From: Octopus vulgaris
Lineage: Eukaryota
Direction of reading: 5' to 3'
Assembly (NCBI GenBank): GCA_951406725.2
Contig: OX597818.1
Coordinates: forward strand, 109,120,001 to 109,184,000
DNA length: 64,000 bases
How positions within the stretch are numbered: the first letter of the stretch is position 1; each line of letters starts with the position of its first letter. Made by a program: the position numbers and the translations under genes. This document shows, one piece after another, positions 1-13,178 of the stretch. Below the pieces are notes generated by a model. That model ran no database searches. It worked only from the letters and a program-made list of their open reading frames with translations, and was not told the DNA's origin.

Positions 1-499
1 TATTTCAGGAGGCCTTGTTCCTTCTTCAGAACCACATCCACCCAATTAACCATCCATGATCACGTTGCTTAAATAACAACTAAGTGTAGTGGTGTAACAC
101 TCTTGGATAGACCGTGGCTATTTCAGCAATGGATTTGTGGAAAATCAACGGATTGGAGGTGGTACTGAAGAGGGAGCAAGAGTTCCTGAAATGTGCATAT
201 ACACTTATTACCTATTTTCCTATCTCCGATTGCATTGTTTGCATAGAAGAGGAGGAGACTTTGGTATCCTCACTGACAGTGACGGCCTGCAAGGTTGCTA
301 GCTTACCCAATGGTAAGTGGGCCCCTGTGCCATTAGAATCCATATGAGGGGAAGGGGCATGTTAGTATCTAAGGGGACCATCCCCTCAAGTTTGAGAATT
401 TTTTATTCACTCCTGAAAGAATGCATTAATTATTTCAGCCTGGCTGTGTCTGTAGATAGTTGAAAAGAATACATTTAACAAAAAAAAAAAAAAATTAAA

Positions 500-599
500 T
501 TATGGGGCCCCTTGTAGTTGCGGGTGGGCCCCCTTGTAATTGCGGCTGGGTCTCCTTAGTTTCCTGGCAACCAATATTTTTTTACCCAGTCCACCACTG
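500..599 (-). mobile_element. Possible terminus of a non-autonomous DNA transposon
   Basis: Minus strand begins CAGTGGTGGACTGGG and is followed by GGGCCCC subterminal repeats. No partner end was found. Confidence 0.3.
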
Positions 600-1056
600 C
601 TCACTGGTATTTTCCTACAGTGTTGGTGCAATTCTCAAATTAAAGAATGGTTAGGTAATTTATTATTTTGTACATGACCCTTTTTTCACTATTTCTAGTT
701 GGGACTGCAGCAGCATTCATGATTCACATCCTTGCTAACTCTACCTAATTGTTTAAGTGTTAAAAATTTATTTTCCTTTTAGAAATATACTTCAGTCTGG
801 AGGATATGACAAATCAATTATTGTACATAATTTTTTTCATTGATCTTTTATTATTGATTGGTAGGCTAGTGTCGTTGTCATTTAACAAAGCCATGCTCCA
901 TAGTTTTATCGCATAAACTATTCCTATATCTTTCTCAGATGTCTTTCATAGTGTAGCCCTGTTTTGTTTTTGTTGCAAATAAATGTCCAGTAAATATGCG
1001 TTTTATTCAATCATTTATGTACTCGATAGATATATTCCACAATCAAGCTCAAAATA

Positions 1057-1260
1057 TCATCATCATCATCATTTAACGTCCACTTTCCATGCTAGCATGG
1101 GTTGGACGATTTTGACTGAGGGTTGGCGAACCAGATGGCTGCACCAGGCTCCAATCTTGATTTGGCAGAGTTTCTACAGCTGGATGCCCTTTCTAACGCC
1201 AACCACTCCAAGAGTGTAGCGGGTGGTTTTTATGTGCCACCGGCACGTACTGGCACGTAA
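1057..1260 (-). mobile_element. Repeat family B (RTE-related 3'-end repeat with (GAT)n tail)
   Basis: Contains the AGGGCATCCAGCTGTAGAAAC and CCAACCCATGCTAGCATGG...GACGTTAAATGATGATG motifs shared with about 12 copies in the window. Confidence 0.8.
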
Positions 1261-1774
1261 AATATGTTTCGTGTATTGACATGTACAAAGAAACAGGTTG
1301 TGAATTTGCCCAGGCCCCAAATACTACCAGTCGATGATCTAAGAATGTTGCTTCTTTATTCAACACAGGAAGCTGTCATTGTTCTGTAACACATTAAGGA
1401 AACAGTCTACTGAATGTGACCCCTAATATCTTGGTTTGTTGCTCCAGAGAAAAGCAGCAGATATCCAAATTGCAGTGGTATTCCACATGAATGTTCCACA
1501 TTTGTTTCACTGTACCATACATCTTACTACTAAAAATAAACTAGACTTACAAGAAAGCTCCAGAAAAATTGGGATTAACTGCAACTGGACAAATCCTTTG
1601 TTGCAACTATCAGTCCTTCAGTATTCTATGCCTTCATTTTCGAGCTGTCACTGGTTAGCATCACGTGGCTTCTTTTTTTTTTTCTTTTTTTTTAATGTGA
1701 CAAGTTGGTGTTGCAATGGATATTTGGATATTTCCTATGTGAGAGCTCACTTTCCGTCTATATGTCATTGTTTA

Positions 1775-1918
1775 AGAAGGGCATCTAGCCATAGAAACCA
1801 CGCTAAAGCTGACACTGGAGCTAAGCATACCTCTGTTGCTTGACAGATCCTGTCAAACCATCCAAGTCATACCAGTACGGAAAGTGGACGTTAAACGATG
1901 ATGATGATGATGATGATG
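1775..1918 (+). mobile_element. Family B, 3' fragment
   Basis: GAAGGGCATC...GGACGTTAAAC(GAT)n. Confidence 0.7.
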
Positions 1919-2900
1919 TATGTTTGTTTGTTTCATTTAAGCACAGCTTTTGGATTTCATTTCCATCTAGAACACTAAATATACACTTAGCAGGTTGCAG
2001 GTCTTTGATTTTTAAGCAAATATACCACATTACTTCAGTAAATTTTCTTCTAGCATTTTATCATGCTGCTTCCTAAAACAAGCAGCACTTGTACATATTG
2101 TTGATCCCAAACTAGCACTTTTGATTCGCTTTCATTTATAAGTCATTTATATATCTGCACCTAGAGTCATAAAGGCAATCTTCCTAACAATAACAACAAT
2201 TTATTTCAGGTATATGATGTATTGCATTTCCTGTAATAGAAACACATGCACACACTTTCATTTTCCTACGCAAGATAAAGTTGGTTTCAGCCAATAATTC
2301 AAAAATTGCATTTTTTCCCTTATTGTATACTTGGTTTCAAGATTTAATACGAGAATTTTCTGCCCACAAAAACTAAATTACAATCAATAATCCTGGGACC
2401 AACACATTATTGGACATTTTTTAAGGTTAAATATTAGCCAAAGTTTTTGGAGATTTTCTCTCTGAATTTTAATTCTTACTCTAGCTAAACGTTTTTCGAG
2501 TCGATTAGAAACCATTCCTAGAGATATTTTCTTACAGCTATTCAATATATTTTCCTTAGTTATTAGATACAATCTAATACTTCAAAATATCAAGGCATCA
2601 TTTTCTTATTCTTGCTCATCAATACTGCATTACCAAGGGAAGCTAGAATTCTTTGTCATACTACTATACTAATGTCTTGTAATAATAAGTATTTTTCCAA
2701 AATATTCATTTGTTGTCAACAACAATATCTAAGATGTGTTTATCATGTGGCTGTATTGTCTGTTAAAATTCCCAAGAATTTCAATGTCTTCAGACTCAAT
2801 TATTCAAGGAAGTTGGTATCTAAACCATCATCCTGTCCTTTACAGCTTGTATTTTCTACATAATTCCTGAAAAATAACCCATTCAACAACATTATCATCT

Positions 2901-2937
<37 letters not shown>

Positions 2938-3552
2938 CATCATCATCAACCTTTCTTACTGTTCTTATTAGATAAAATATCAAGAGATATTTTATCTATA
3001 TCATCAATATTGTTATGTAATGGCAAAAACACTGGATTGTTGAAATATATGCCTAACAATATAGAGTCATACTACTTAGGTGGGAGCAGAAACCTTGTAC
3101 AGAGATGGCTTTTTGTTTTCATATTCCAAGATCTGTTATTTCAGTACAAGTAAATAAAATACTTTAATCTCAAACAATTATTGCTTCTTACCCATTAGCA
3201 TTTCTTAATACTTTGGGACTGATTAAATATTACGTAATGCCATGTTCCCTAAAAGCATCATTATTAGGGAGGTTGTTCTTGTTCACTTTCTCATTGCTTT
3301 ATTATTATTATTCTTTAACCAGTAGCATAGCTTCTATATAGTCACAAGACATGACAGAAATAGCAGCTAAGTCACTTTCTCTCAACACAGACCACTGACT
3401 TAAAAAGATGGGAGAAAACATTAGACCACTACGAAAAGATGCCATGGTCAATGTCTTTTCAGTCAAGTTTGACCTGGGACTAAATAAAAACACACAATCA
3501 CAATATGTATGAAATGACACAGACTGTCGTTCAAACAATCTTGTAGTCCTCT

Positions 3553-3785
3553 GTTGTTGTTGGCATCCTTTTGTCTCGGGAGACAATGGAGTTGCGCATA
3601 AACTAATCCAGTCTGGTTTTTACATTTCATGTCTTCTCCAGTTTACTCTCCAGTTTTGTGTAGGCCTGGGCTAGATGTAAGAAAATCCTGGGTAGCCCAA
3701 TCGTCAGAATTCCTCTCTCGACCTTGCTGATGTAGTCCAAAGGAGTGCAGAGCATTACATTAGGGAACATGGCATTGGTTGTGGT
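3553..3785 (-). mobile_element. Short non-autonomous RTE-derived element
   Basis: The last ~90 bp (GACATGAAAT...GCGCAACTCCATTGTCTCCCGAGACAAAAGGATGCCAAC) match the 3' end of the RTE at 36657-36735. It has a (CAA)n tail and a non-coding upstream part. Confidence 0.7.
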
Positions 3786-4503
3786 CCTCTATTTCCAACA
3801 ATACTGAGGTCTAACAGTTTTGTTGTCTCTCTCTCTCACACCCACACACACACACACACATGAAGGTAAGTATTGAAAATGCAATAAAAAAAAAGAAGAA
3901 ATTAAGTCAAATCAGGCGGGACAAATTTTAAAACATACTAGATTAGCTTAACACCGGAAAAAAAAATAAAAAGAGAAAGTATCTTAATAATTTAGATGTT
4001 AGCCCTTCATCAGAAGAAAGAGAAAATGTGGAGAGAGAGAAAAAACAAAAACAAACTAGCAAATGGTTAGAACCCAGGCTGGAATGTGATTCTATGTCAG
4101 GGAGTTAAAAAGAGAGCAAAAGGGACATGTGTGTGTGTGTTGGAGTGTATCTTTGTTTAGAGATGGGCATATGAGTTTTGCTTTTTATGTTTTTTTTGTG
4201 GTGAGTATAGAAATGTGTGCCAAAGTGCACTAGTGTGGAGGCCTAGTGACATGGGTTGGTGGATGTGTGGAATGACAGTGTGACTGAGATAAAAGAGAAG
4301 GTAAGAGGAATATGCAGTTTGTTATAGAAGTATTTGCAAGGGTGTGGGTGTGAGACACAGCAGTATAGAGAGAAGGTATGAACAGAAGTCAAAAAAAAAA
4401 AAAGAAATGAGAGAAAAGTATTGTGTGAGAAGAGAAAATTGGAGAAAAATTAATTACTATGCAAAATGCGGGTAAAACAATAAAACTAAAATATCATATA
4501 GAT

Positions 4504-4673
4504 AGGTGGAGGTGTGGTCGTGTGATAAGGAGTTTGTTTCCCAACTACATGGTTGTGGGTTCAGTCCCACTGTATGGCACCTTGGGCAAATGTCTTCTAC
4601 TATAGCTGTGGACCAACCAAGGCCTTGTGAATGGATTTGGTAGATGGAAACTGAAAGAAGCGTATTGTGCACC

Positions 4674-4717
<44 letters not shown>

Positions 4718-4878
4718 GTCCCCCACCACCGCTTGACAACAAGTGAGTTTACTTAGCATAACTTAGCAGGCTTCAAAAAGATAAAGAAATTACTAAATTT
4801 GATTCATTCAACTAAGAATTCTTCAAAATGGTGCCCCAGCATGACCATAGTCTACTGACTAAAGCAAGTGAGAGATGA
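4504..4878 (+). mobile_element. SINE family A (tRNA-like head, central microsatellite, CR1-like tail), degenerate
   Basis: Head with GGTTCAGTCCC B-box-like motif, CACCTTGGGCAA, central (GT)n, and a GGTGCCCCAGCATG tail. Confidence 0.8.
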
Positions 4879-5507
4879 AACACACACACACACACACATA
4901 CCATCATCCTCATTGTTTCGTGTCTGCTCTCCATGCTGACACATATTAGAAAGTCAGGACATCTAAGCTGGGTCAAAAAACATCATATTGCTAGTCGGTT
5001 AGCTTTAGCTTGATTTCTACACCTGAATGTCCTTTCTAACACCAACAACTTCACAGGGTGTAACTGGGTCCTTTTCCCATGGCACCAGCACCAATGAAGT
5101 GTCATTTCCTCAACAAGACTAACAGGACCTCACAACCTCACACTTTACACAGTGTGCTAGGTGTGTATTTCATGACACCAGCGTTAACGACCCCCAACAC
5201 GACTAAAAGAGATCACACAGCAACCATACAGCTTCTTGTTTGCTAACCTATTTACCAGAGTAGGAAACAGGAATGATAGAGGCATGAAAAATAGTGTTGA
5301 AGATGTGTGAAGGGAAATGGAGTGAAAGGAGATAGGGAACATGAGTGAAAAGGGTAGGGAGGGATAGGAGTTCAGGTGAACCAGAAGTAAGACTTATACA
5401 TAGGCCATGAGATGGGTTAGAGGGTATCAAATAATGAGGAAGCTGATGACAGAATAGAAAGTAAGTGGGTCCTGTACTAGTAAAGAGCACAAAGGTATGT
5501 AGGGAAA

Positions 5508-5738
5508 AGGTGGCGAGCTGGTAGAGACGTTAGCACGCCGGGCAAAATGCGTAGCCGTATTTCGTCTGCCGTTGCGTTCTGAGTTCAAATTCTGCCGAGG
5601 TCGACTTTGCATTTCATCCTTTCGGGGTCGATAAATTAAGTACCAGTTACACACTGGGGTCAATATAATCGACTTGATCCATTTGTCTGTCCTTGTTTGT
5701 CCTCTCTGTTTAGCCCCTTGTGGGTAGTAAAGAAATAG
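5508..5738 (+). mobile_element. SINE family C (Nin-domain-like tRNA SINE), full length
   Basis: GGCGAGCTGG...GAGTTCAAATT head and GTCGACTTTGCATTTCATCCTTTCGGGGTCGATAAATTAAGTACCAG central domain. Flanked by the direct repeat AGGTATGTAGGG(G)AAAGG (TSD). Confidence 0.85.
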
Positions 5739-8700
5739 GTATGTAGGGGAAAGGATCAGAATAGGTGCAGTGGCATCCATAGTTACACTGGAAGCCATGT
5801 ACAGCTGCCATCGGCAGTCACACTGGAAACATAGTTGAGTGAGAATTGAGAAGGAGAAAGAGGGAATGAGTGATGGACAAGAGGCATGGGTGAAAGAATG
5901 CGGTGTGTGTCAAACAATAAAAACCTGGGCAAGACAGTGCAGTGTAGTGAAAAGAGATTCAATGCCATTCTTGTCATATTGACAATATATTACAATGAGA
6001 TTGCGAAAAGGAGGAAGTAACTGAGGGATGAGCAGTAGGATCATGTGTAAGAAAAGAAAGAGAAATAGAGGCATGAGTGAAAGTATAATTGCTCACAATG
6101 GTGGTATGGACAATAGTCGTTGTTGCTATCATCATGACTTCAGTGAGTTATAACAATGAAATTCACACTTTTGCCTACTGGAGAGAGGCTAGAAACCTTA
6201 CCGCATCTAAGCCAGATGCTTAATTTCTCTCCGACCTCATTCTCCCTCTCTCACTTCCTTTTTTTTCTCTCCTTCACATCAAGAACAATTTTGCTTTGCA
6301 CACCTTGACAGAAAGACTGTCAAACTGGATCTCATCTAAGTCCAAAGTCTTTCAAGTTTGATCCCTTTTCTCCTAATATCCTTCCGTGGTTAACAGTATA
6401 GGCGTCACAATGTATTTGTGCTGTGACAGTCAACTACACTCTCTTCTCTGCAGAAGTAAAAGAAATCAATAGTATTGTAACCAGTATTAATCTTTACAGT
6501 TACTTGTTAAATCCCAATTTGAATTTATTAAATCAAGCCTTTGACATGACAGCTGTGCTCATAACAGCCATCACTAAAGAAAAGGGTGTTGGGTTTGCTC
6601 TGGAGACTGGTTCAGGCACTTCAAAAGTTACAACAAATTCAGAAGGTACTGCTTCCTATCCAAAGGGACACAAATTTACTTCAATTCAAAAGCATCTTAT
6701 ATTACTAAATGTCGAGATATTAAATGATATTCAATCATTCTATTTGATGTACAACAATATACTATTAATTCGCTATTCAATGCAATATGACGCCTTTCTA
6801 AGACAATCGCTGCATAAACAATGAAACTGAAGGGCTATTCAATAATTTACAAATTTCTATTAAAATCCTAAAAGAATCAATTACCATTTTGGTGTATTCT
6901 ATACAATAGTGGAATAAATGGCCACATACTACACCATGTGAAGAAAGTTAAGTATACAACAGTACAATGTTTGATTACATACAACTATATAGTGACTTTT
7001 TATGATGCTAATCAATATGTAACGAAGAACGAAGTATGTTTAGCTTTTAACTATTGCTAAACTAAACCCATTTTATAGGCCCAGTAAAATTATAGAAAAT
7101 GAACTACTAGTGTGTGTGTGCATGTGAATGTGTATGCGTGTGTCCGTGTGTGTCTATATGCACGTGTGTGTGTGTGTGTGTGCGCGCACACGCCCATATA
7201 GACAGGTAATAGAGGCAGAAAGGTAATGTATATGCATACAGAGAGATCGTGAAGACATTCATTGATCTGTGGGAGTGCCTGTCAGCATACTAACTCATCC
7301 ATGTATATCTGTATGCAGGCCATTGACACAAGTTATGAAATGTTTACAGAATACGAATGTGTGTATGCGTGTGCACACACACACATACGGAGTACTAAAG
7401 ATAAAAAGATACATACACAGATAGGTAGAGACAAAGAGACAGACCGATAGAGGTATAAGTTGAAAGAAGCGTCAGTAGGAGAGGGCAAATAGAGAAAAAG
7501 AGAGACTTAAAGATATGAAGTAGAACCAACAGATTAACAACTGCTCGGAGATGCAAAATGTTATATGGAGTATATTAGAGCTGTGAAAAAAGGAGAGAGA
7601 GGGAACAAAAATATAAACAGAAAAAAAGAAAAAATAATGAAAAGTTATTGGAAGGATGAGGTGGGTGAAGTATCAAATATAAAGCTTATCACAGGATATT
7701 AGATGGCAACTACTTATATTTCCCAAAATATAAAGAGCTATTCTGCTCATCATCATAGCCATGAGTCCAAATGTAAAGTGAGAACATTACTGATGGCAAC
7801 TGGGTAAGGTGTGGGGTAGCAGCAGACATACATAAAAGCTAAGTGTCAGGAGTTACACAGTGCTTATTAAATTGATTCCTGTCTCAGATGGAGATTGCAT
7901 GGAATCTTGCTTAAATGTAGCAGCACTAATGATTTTCGAAAAAGTTCATTGTAAATTCCTGAAGAAATCTTGGAAATATTCTTAGATAGTGTGACGGATG
8001 GGTGGATAAGAAAAAAAAATATGTTCAAAGATGGTTTAATATGGTCTCTACTATAGCATCAGAAAGTCAGTCTTCTTCCCAGACAGTACGTGTTAATAGC
8101 TCCCATTTGTCTGTCTTCCGAGATAAATGTATGCAATGCCATAACACAAAACATGGGCCCATTATTACGGAGACGTTCAGATGTCTGAGTGTCAGAATTC
8201 CCTTCTCCAATGCTCAGTGAAAAAGTTCAAGGCACAACAACACAGCTGGCACCAGCTTGTCTAGAAAGCAAGTAGCATTAAGTACAAGCTTGTGTATAAT
8301 TAAAATGCATGTACGTACACACACATACGTACATGCATGGATACATACACACGCACACACACACACACGTGCACCATTTTAAACAGTTTCACATCAGTTG
8401 TTTCGCACAAAGACAGGTAAAATGATTCTTTGCATGAATTGCTGGAATAATGGTTTTACAGCTGAATGCTCTTCGTAATGCTAACTTTGACAAGTTTTAA
8501 ACTCAAGACCTCTTGGTCAGTATTCCCGATCACTCACTCTGTGTGTGTGTGACAAGAGTTGTTATGAAGTGGAGAAGCAAAGAAGTGAGAGAAAGGATGG
8601 AAACAGAAAACGGAAGGATGTGTGTGCATAACTGAGAGAGAGAGTGAGAGAGAGAGAGAGACAGTGAATAAGTGACAGAGAGCGAGAGCAATAAAGAAGA

Positions 8701-9389
8701 AATTAGAAATGTTAAAATGTAGATATTTAATCCAGCAATGCGAGATATTCTTATTTAGAGAACAAAAAGAATACAAAGTTATTTAAATCTCAAATAACTT
8801 CTGGGGGTTCATTAGTTTCATTTCATTTCAAAAATCAGTTTAAATGATTCAATTTTTCAAGTTTTTTTTCCCCCTCGTCTTCTCCCTCCGTCACTCTTTT
8901 CATACTCTTAAACAGTATATCGATATATTTTGTATGGCTGCATTTAATAGAAAAATAAATAAATAAGACATTTTATATCTTAAGTATATTGTTACTTTAA
9001 TTACCCCATCAATACATAGATTTCAATAGATCACTTAATGCTACTCAATTAGTCTCTACACACGCACACACACTTATGCAGAGCATTAATTAATATTATA
9101 AAGTATTATTACATTTTTTATTTATTTTTCCTTCTTTGTATGACTTTACAGAAAAAAACCTGAAATTACAGCTCAACGAACACAATCTTTCTTCATGTAT
9201 AACATGCATTTCTCTCATAATACTCAGACCCATATATTAGGGGTGTCCATTATAAGTAAGGAATGTAGACCAATAAATATTCTTAGTCCAGTTATATCTA
9301 TAACCCAAACTGGTATGTAGCACTAAGCAAAAAATCATTATATAGTAATTTTTCTATGATAGTCAAAATATTATTAAATGTTCTTATCT

Positions 9390-9781
9390 GCTCTAGGCAC
9401 AAGGCCTGACATTTTGGGAGAGGGGGCCAATCAATTAGATCGACCCCTGTACACAACTAATACTTAATTCATCAACCCCGAAAGGATGAAAGGCAAAGTC
9501 GACCTCGGCAGAATTTGAACTCGGAACATAAAGACAGACAAAATACCTATTTCTTTACTACCCACAAGGGGCTAAACATGGAGGGGACAAACAAGGACAG
9601 ACAAATGGATTAAGTCGATTACATTGACCCCAGTGTGTAACTGGTACTTAATTTATCGACCCCGAAAGGATGAAAGGCAAAGTCGACCCCGGCGGAATTT
9701 GAACTCAGAACGTAAAGACAGACGAAATACTGCTCAGTATTTTGCCCAGTGTGCTAATGTATCTGCCAGCTCGCTGCCTTA
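9390..9781 (-). mobile_element. SINE family C: full copy (9547-9781) followed by a partial copy with a variant tail
   Basis: Two successive Nin-like domains on the minus strand. Confidence 0.8.
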
Positions 9782-10154
9782 TAATGTTGAACATAAAAGG
9801 CATGCATGTGTCCCACAGCATTTCTGTTGTTAGGTTTCAGTAAAGAAGGATAGAATGTAACACACTGTTTTGGAAAATATGGCTTAAATTATTTAAAATG
9901 AAGATTAAATTAATAACTAATCAATAAAGATAGTACATAGATATCATTACTGAAAAGTGAATATCAACAGAAAAAAATATTCCTGTCATTCAAATAGTAA
10001 TATAATTATTATAAGAAACTGTTACTATATATGTTTCTACAGAGAAGTAATATTTAATACTGATATTCATATTGAACTTTTATTGAAATTCATATAGAAT
10101 TAATATGGGTAATATATAATGCTATCCATATTGATTCTATATATTGATAATATA

Positions 10155-10300
10155 TAGGTGCAGGCATGGCTGTCTAGTAAGAAGTTTGTTTCCCAACCAC
10201 ATGGTGCCTTCGGCAAGTGTCCTCCACTATTGCCTCGACTCAACGAAAGCCTTGTGAGTGGATTTGATAGATGGGGACAAAAAAGAAGCCTCACACACAC
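10155..10300 (+). mobile_element. SINE family A, 5' half
   Basis: GCAGGCATGGCTGT...CCTTGTGAGTGGATTTG. Confidence 0.7.
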
Positions 10301-10570
10301 ACACGTAATATATAATCTAAGGTCTGGGCAGAGCATAAAGATAGGATATTTCCAATGAAGTACTCAACCCGAGTTCTGGGCTAGCAAAATTCTGGTTTCA
10401 TGATGGAAAAACTGTTGCGTGGGTTTAGCAAAGAGTAAAATATAAGCCAAATAATAAGACAAAAAAATACCTTAACACATCAACTATTTCTGCACCAGCT
10501 CTGCTTGCAACACCAGTTTAGGCAAAAATTAGAAGTGGAAGTTTTCGTAATATTTGCAGTTTTAGATATT

Positions 10571-11015
10571 GGTACTTTCTGGTTATCTCACCCCCATTAA
10601 AAAGTTGCCATTAAAAAAATGGGTTATCTCCCCACTAAAAAATTGAGTTTATGTGGTGACAAGAGATTAGATTAAAAGGGTTAGATCCTTTTGATTCAAT
10701 ACTTCAACAAAATGTTCACGTTTGGCCTCCTCAATAGGCATGGAATGATTTGTTATAAAAATGTTGTTACATTCAACAAGATGTTTAAGTTTTTCCATTT
10801 TCATGTTTATTAATCCTTTCAGTTTTGTATGATTTGTTACAAAAATATCAGATTGAGTAAGATGTTTCATCTCTTTCACTTTTATTTTTCTATTTTATCG
10901 AAGGTTAAACAATTTTCTTTAGTTGAAGGAGATAACCAAAAGTACCGGTATTTCACATAAAATGTGGGGAGACAACCCAATTTTTTTAATGGGGGTGAGT
11001 TAACCAAAAAGTACC
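10571..11015. mobile_element. MITE, probably Merlin/IS1016 superfamily
   Basis: ~50-bp TIRs starting GGTACTTT(C/T)TGGTTA. Imperfect 8-bp TSD TAGATATT/GAGACATT. The insertion is absent from the opposite arm of the surrounding inverted repeat. Confidence 0.65.
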
Positions 11016-11146
11016 GAGACATTAGAGTGGCACTTCAGCAAATTTGTATGAAAGGTGCATCTTCCGGACATTGTACATCTTCCGGACATTGTTTTTTTTT
11101 TTTTTTTTTGAAGAGGACAAGAATATGATGACAATAAATATGAAAG

Positions 11147-11258
11147 GAAGAAGAAGAAGAAGAAGAAGAAGAAGAAGAAGAAGAAGAAGAAGAAGAAGAA
11201 GAAGAAGAAGGAGAAGAAGAAGAAGAAGAAGAAGAAGAAGAAGAAGAAGAAGAAGAAA
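11147..11258 (+). repeat. (GAA)n microsatellite
   Basis: Direct observation. Confidence 0.95.
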
Positions 11259-13021
11259 GGAGACAGGAAGAAAAAGCAAGAGAGCAAATCCAAATATCTG
11301 GACAAAAGATAGGGGTAAATTTTCAGAATGGCCAGTATGTAGACACTGGCATCAAATTTCATTCAATGGGGGAAGAACTGTTTCAGTGTACCATTAGCAG
11401 CATCATTAAACAGACAAAAGGGAAAGAGGGGGGGGGGGATTGAAATCAATAACAACAACAATTGCAACAATGCTAATAGTGAGAAGAGAGTGATGAGAAG
11501 GAAATAAAGATAAAGATAAAAATAACGATATTAGTGATGAGAGAAGTAGGGGAAGTGATGTGGGTGGTGGGAGATAAACAATAAACCACCTGATAGGTAG
11601 CAGAAGTATTCTGGTGATATTAGAGTGGGACATGTAGAGACAGAAACAGGGAAAGAAAAAAATTTTAAAAGAGGGGGGGGGGGGTCAATGTGGGTGGGTG
11701 TGTCCTAGAGAGTTAAAGTAGAAACCTACAATTTAGAATTCAACTGAAAAGTGTAACAATTCTTCACCCACCAAATGAAATGTGACACTAATGCCTACAT
11801 ATTTACTGGCCATTCTGAAAATGTACCCTTATCTTTGATCTTTTGTTTTCTTTTCTCCTTCTTCCTTCTCACTTTCATATTCATTGTCACCATGTCCTTG
11901 TCCTTTTTCATTGTCTTCTTCTTCATCCTTTTCTTCTTCTTGCTTCCTTGCTCTCTGCACTAATTATTCATTCCCTAACCATACTTTTATTGACGTTTTG
12001 TTTCTTCTCAAGATAAGCAAAAAAACAATGTCTGGAAGACACACAATGTAAGAGCATACCTTTGATGAAGTGCTATTCTCATGTTTAAAATCACAACCAT
12101 TACATAAATTTACACTTTTAATTTTTGCATAAAATGGCATTGCAAGCAGTGCTGGTACAGAAACAATTGTAACTGATCGTTAATGATGTGTTAAAATATT
12201 TCTTTGTCAACTGTCATTATTATAATGAACCATCCCTACATACATTTGCATTGAAAGAACAAAAATATTTGATGATGAAAGTATTTAAACAGAAGCATAA
12301 TAACAGAGTTTACATTCTGTGTTATATCTTTAGCATTTGTTTGTACAGGTCAACTTTTCACGGGGTACACCTTCATAATCTACATTGGTGAAGTTCAAAT
12401 GACACATTTAAACTTCATTTTTTGTTTAAAGATATGAAAACTTTTACAATACGTTTTAGATAGCAATTATAATAAATCTAACTAAACATGTCTTTTTCTC
12501 TAGCATATAATAGTAAGAAAAAAAAAACTGTGCAATACGCACAAGAGATATTCCAAAGATTAATAGCTCATAATTAGCAGTGCACACTACACATAAGTGA
12601 AATTATATACCAATAAATACAGTATTATCTTTGTGAACAAGAAAGGCGTCAACATAACTATAACAAAAAGAAAAACAAAAGTAAACTTCTTGTTAAAAGT
12701 CAGAAAACTGTAACGTATACTGATTACAAGGTAAATGACTCATCTGGGTTTTTTTTATCTACATATTGGAAAGAGTTGGAAATGTAAAGTTTGATGATAA
12801 ATTTATAAAACTAGTTTCATTTCTTTCCTGCATCCTTCCATCCTCCTTACCTTTCCTTTTAAGAAATTCTGTAGAGGGAGGTCGCTTTTCAGATGGTTTA
12901 GAATTTAATTCATATCATCTTATGCAAACACAATATTTGCAAGATTTTAAATTCTGCCCTAATTTATTCATTAAAGTGTTATCTGCTAGTTTACTAGGTA
13001 TGGGGGGAATACTATATGACT

Positions 13022-13178
13022 AAAGAATAAAATGTTTCGAATAGTACAACAATGCACTATAATACAAAAAATGAGCAATATAGCTCATTGTTTGTATTAT
13101 AGTGCGTTGTTGTGCCATTCGAAACATTTTATTCTTTCTTTACAAACAATACACAATGCTTCAAGTGAACTACAATAC
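13022..13178 (+). mobile_element. Mini fold-back element (55-bp arms plus ~40-bp unique tail), PLE-like
   Basis: Arms 13022-13076 and 13083-13137. Flanked by the 15-bp direct repeat AATACTATATGACTA (13008-13022 and 13174-13188). The tail is shared with 15353-15393. Confidence 0.7.

Larger units (their letters stand above)
10481..12172. repeat. Old, diverged long inverted repeat (arms ~10481-11385 and ~11752-12172)
   Basis: Several collinear reverse-complement blocks, e.g. TTTTCAGAATGGCCAGTA / TACTGGCCATTCTGAAAA and CTTCCGGACATTGTTTTT / AAAAACAATGTCTGGAAG. Confidence 0.7.

Noticed and set aside
3985-4015. Minus-strand CTGATGAAGGGCTAAC, hammerhead-like start
   Set aside because: No GAAA box or closing stems. 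At best a decayed remnant.
11000-11397. Poly-Phe, poly-Leu and poly-Arg ORFs
   Set aside because: Translations of the (GAA)n microsatellite.
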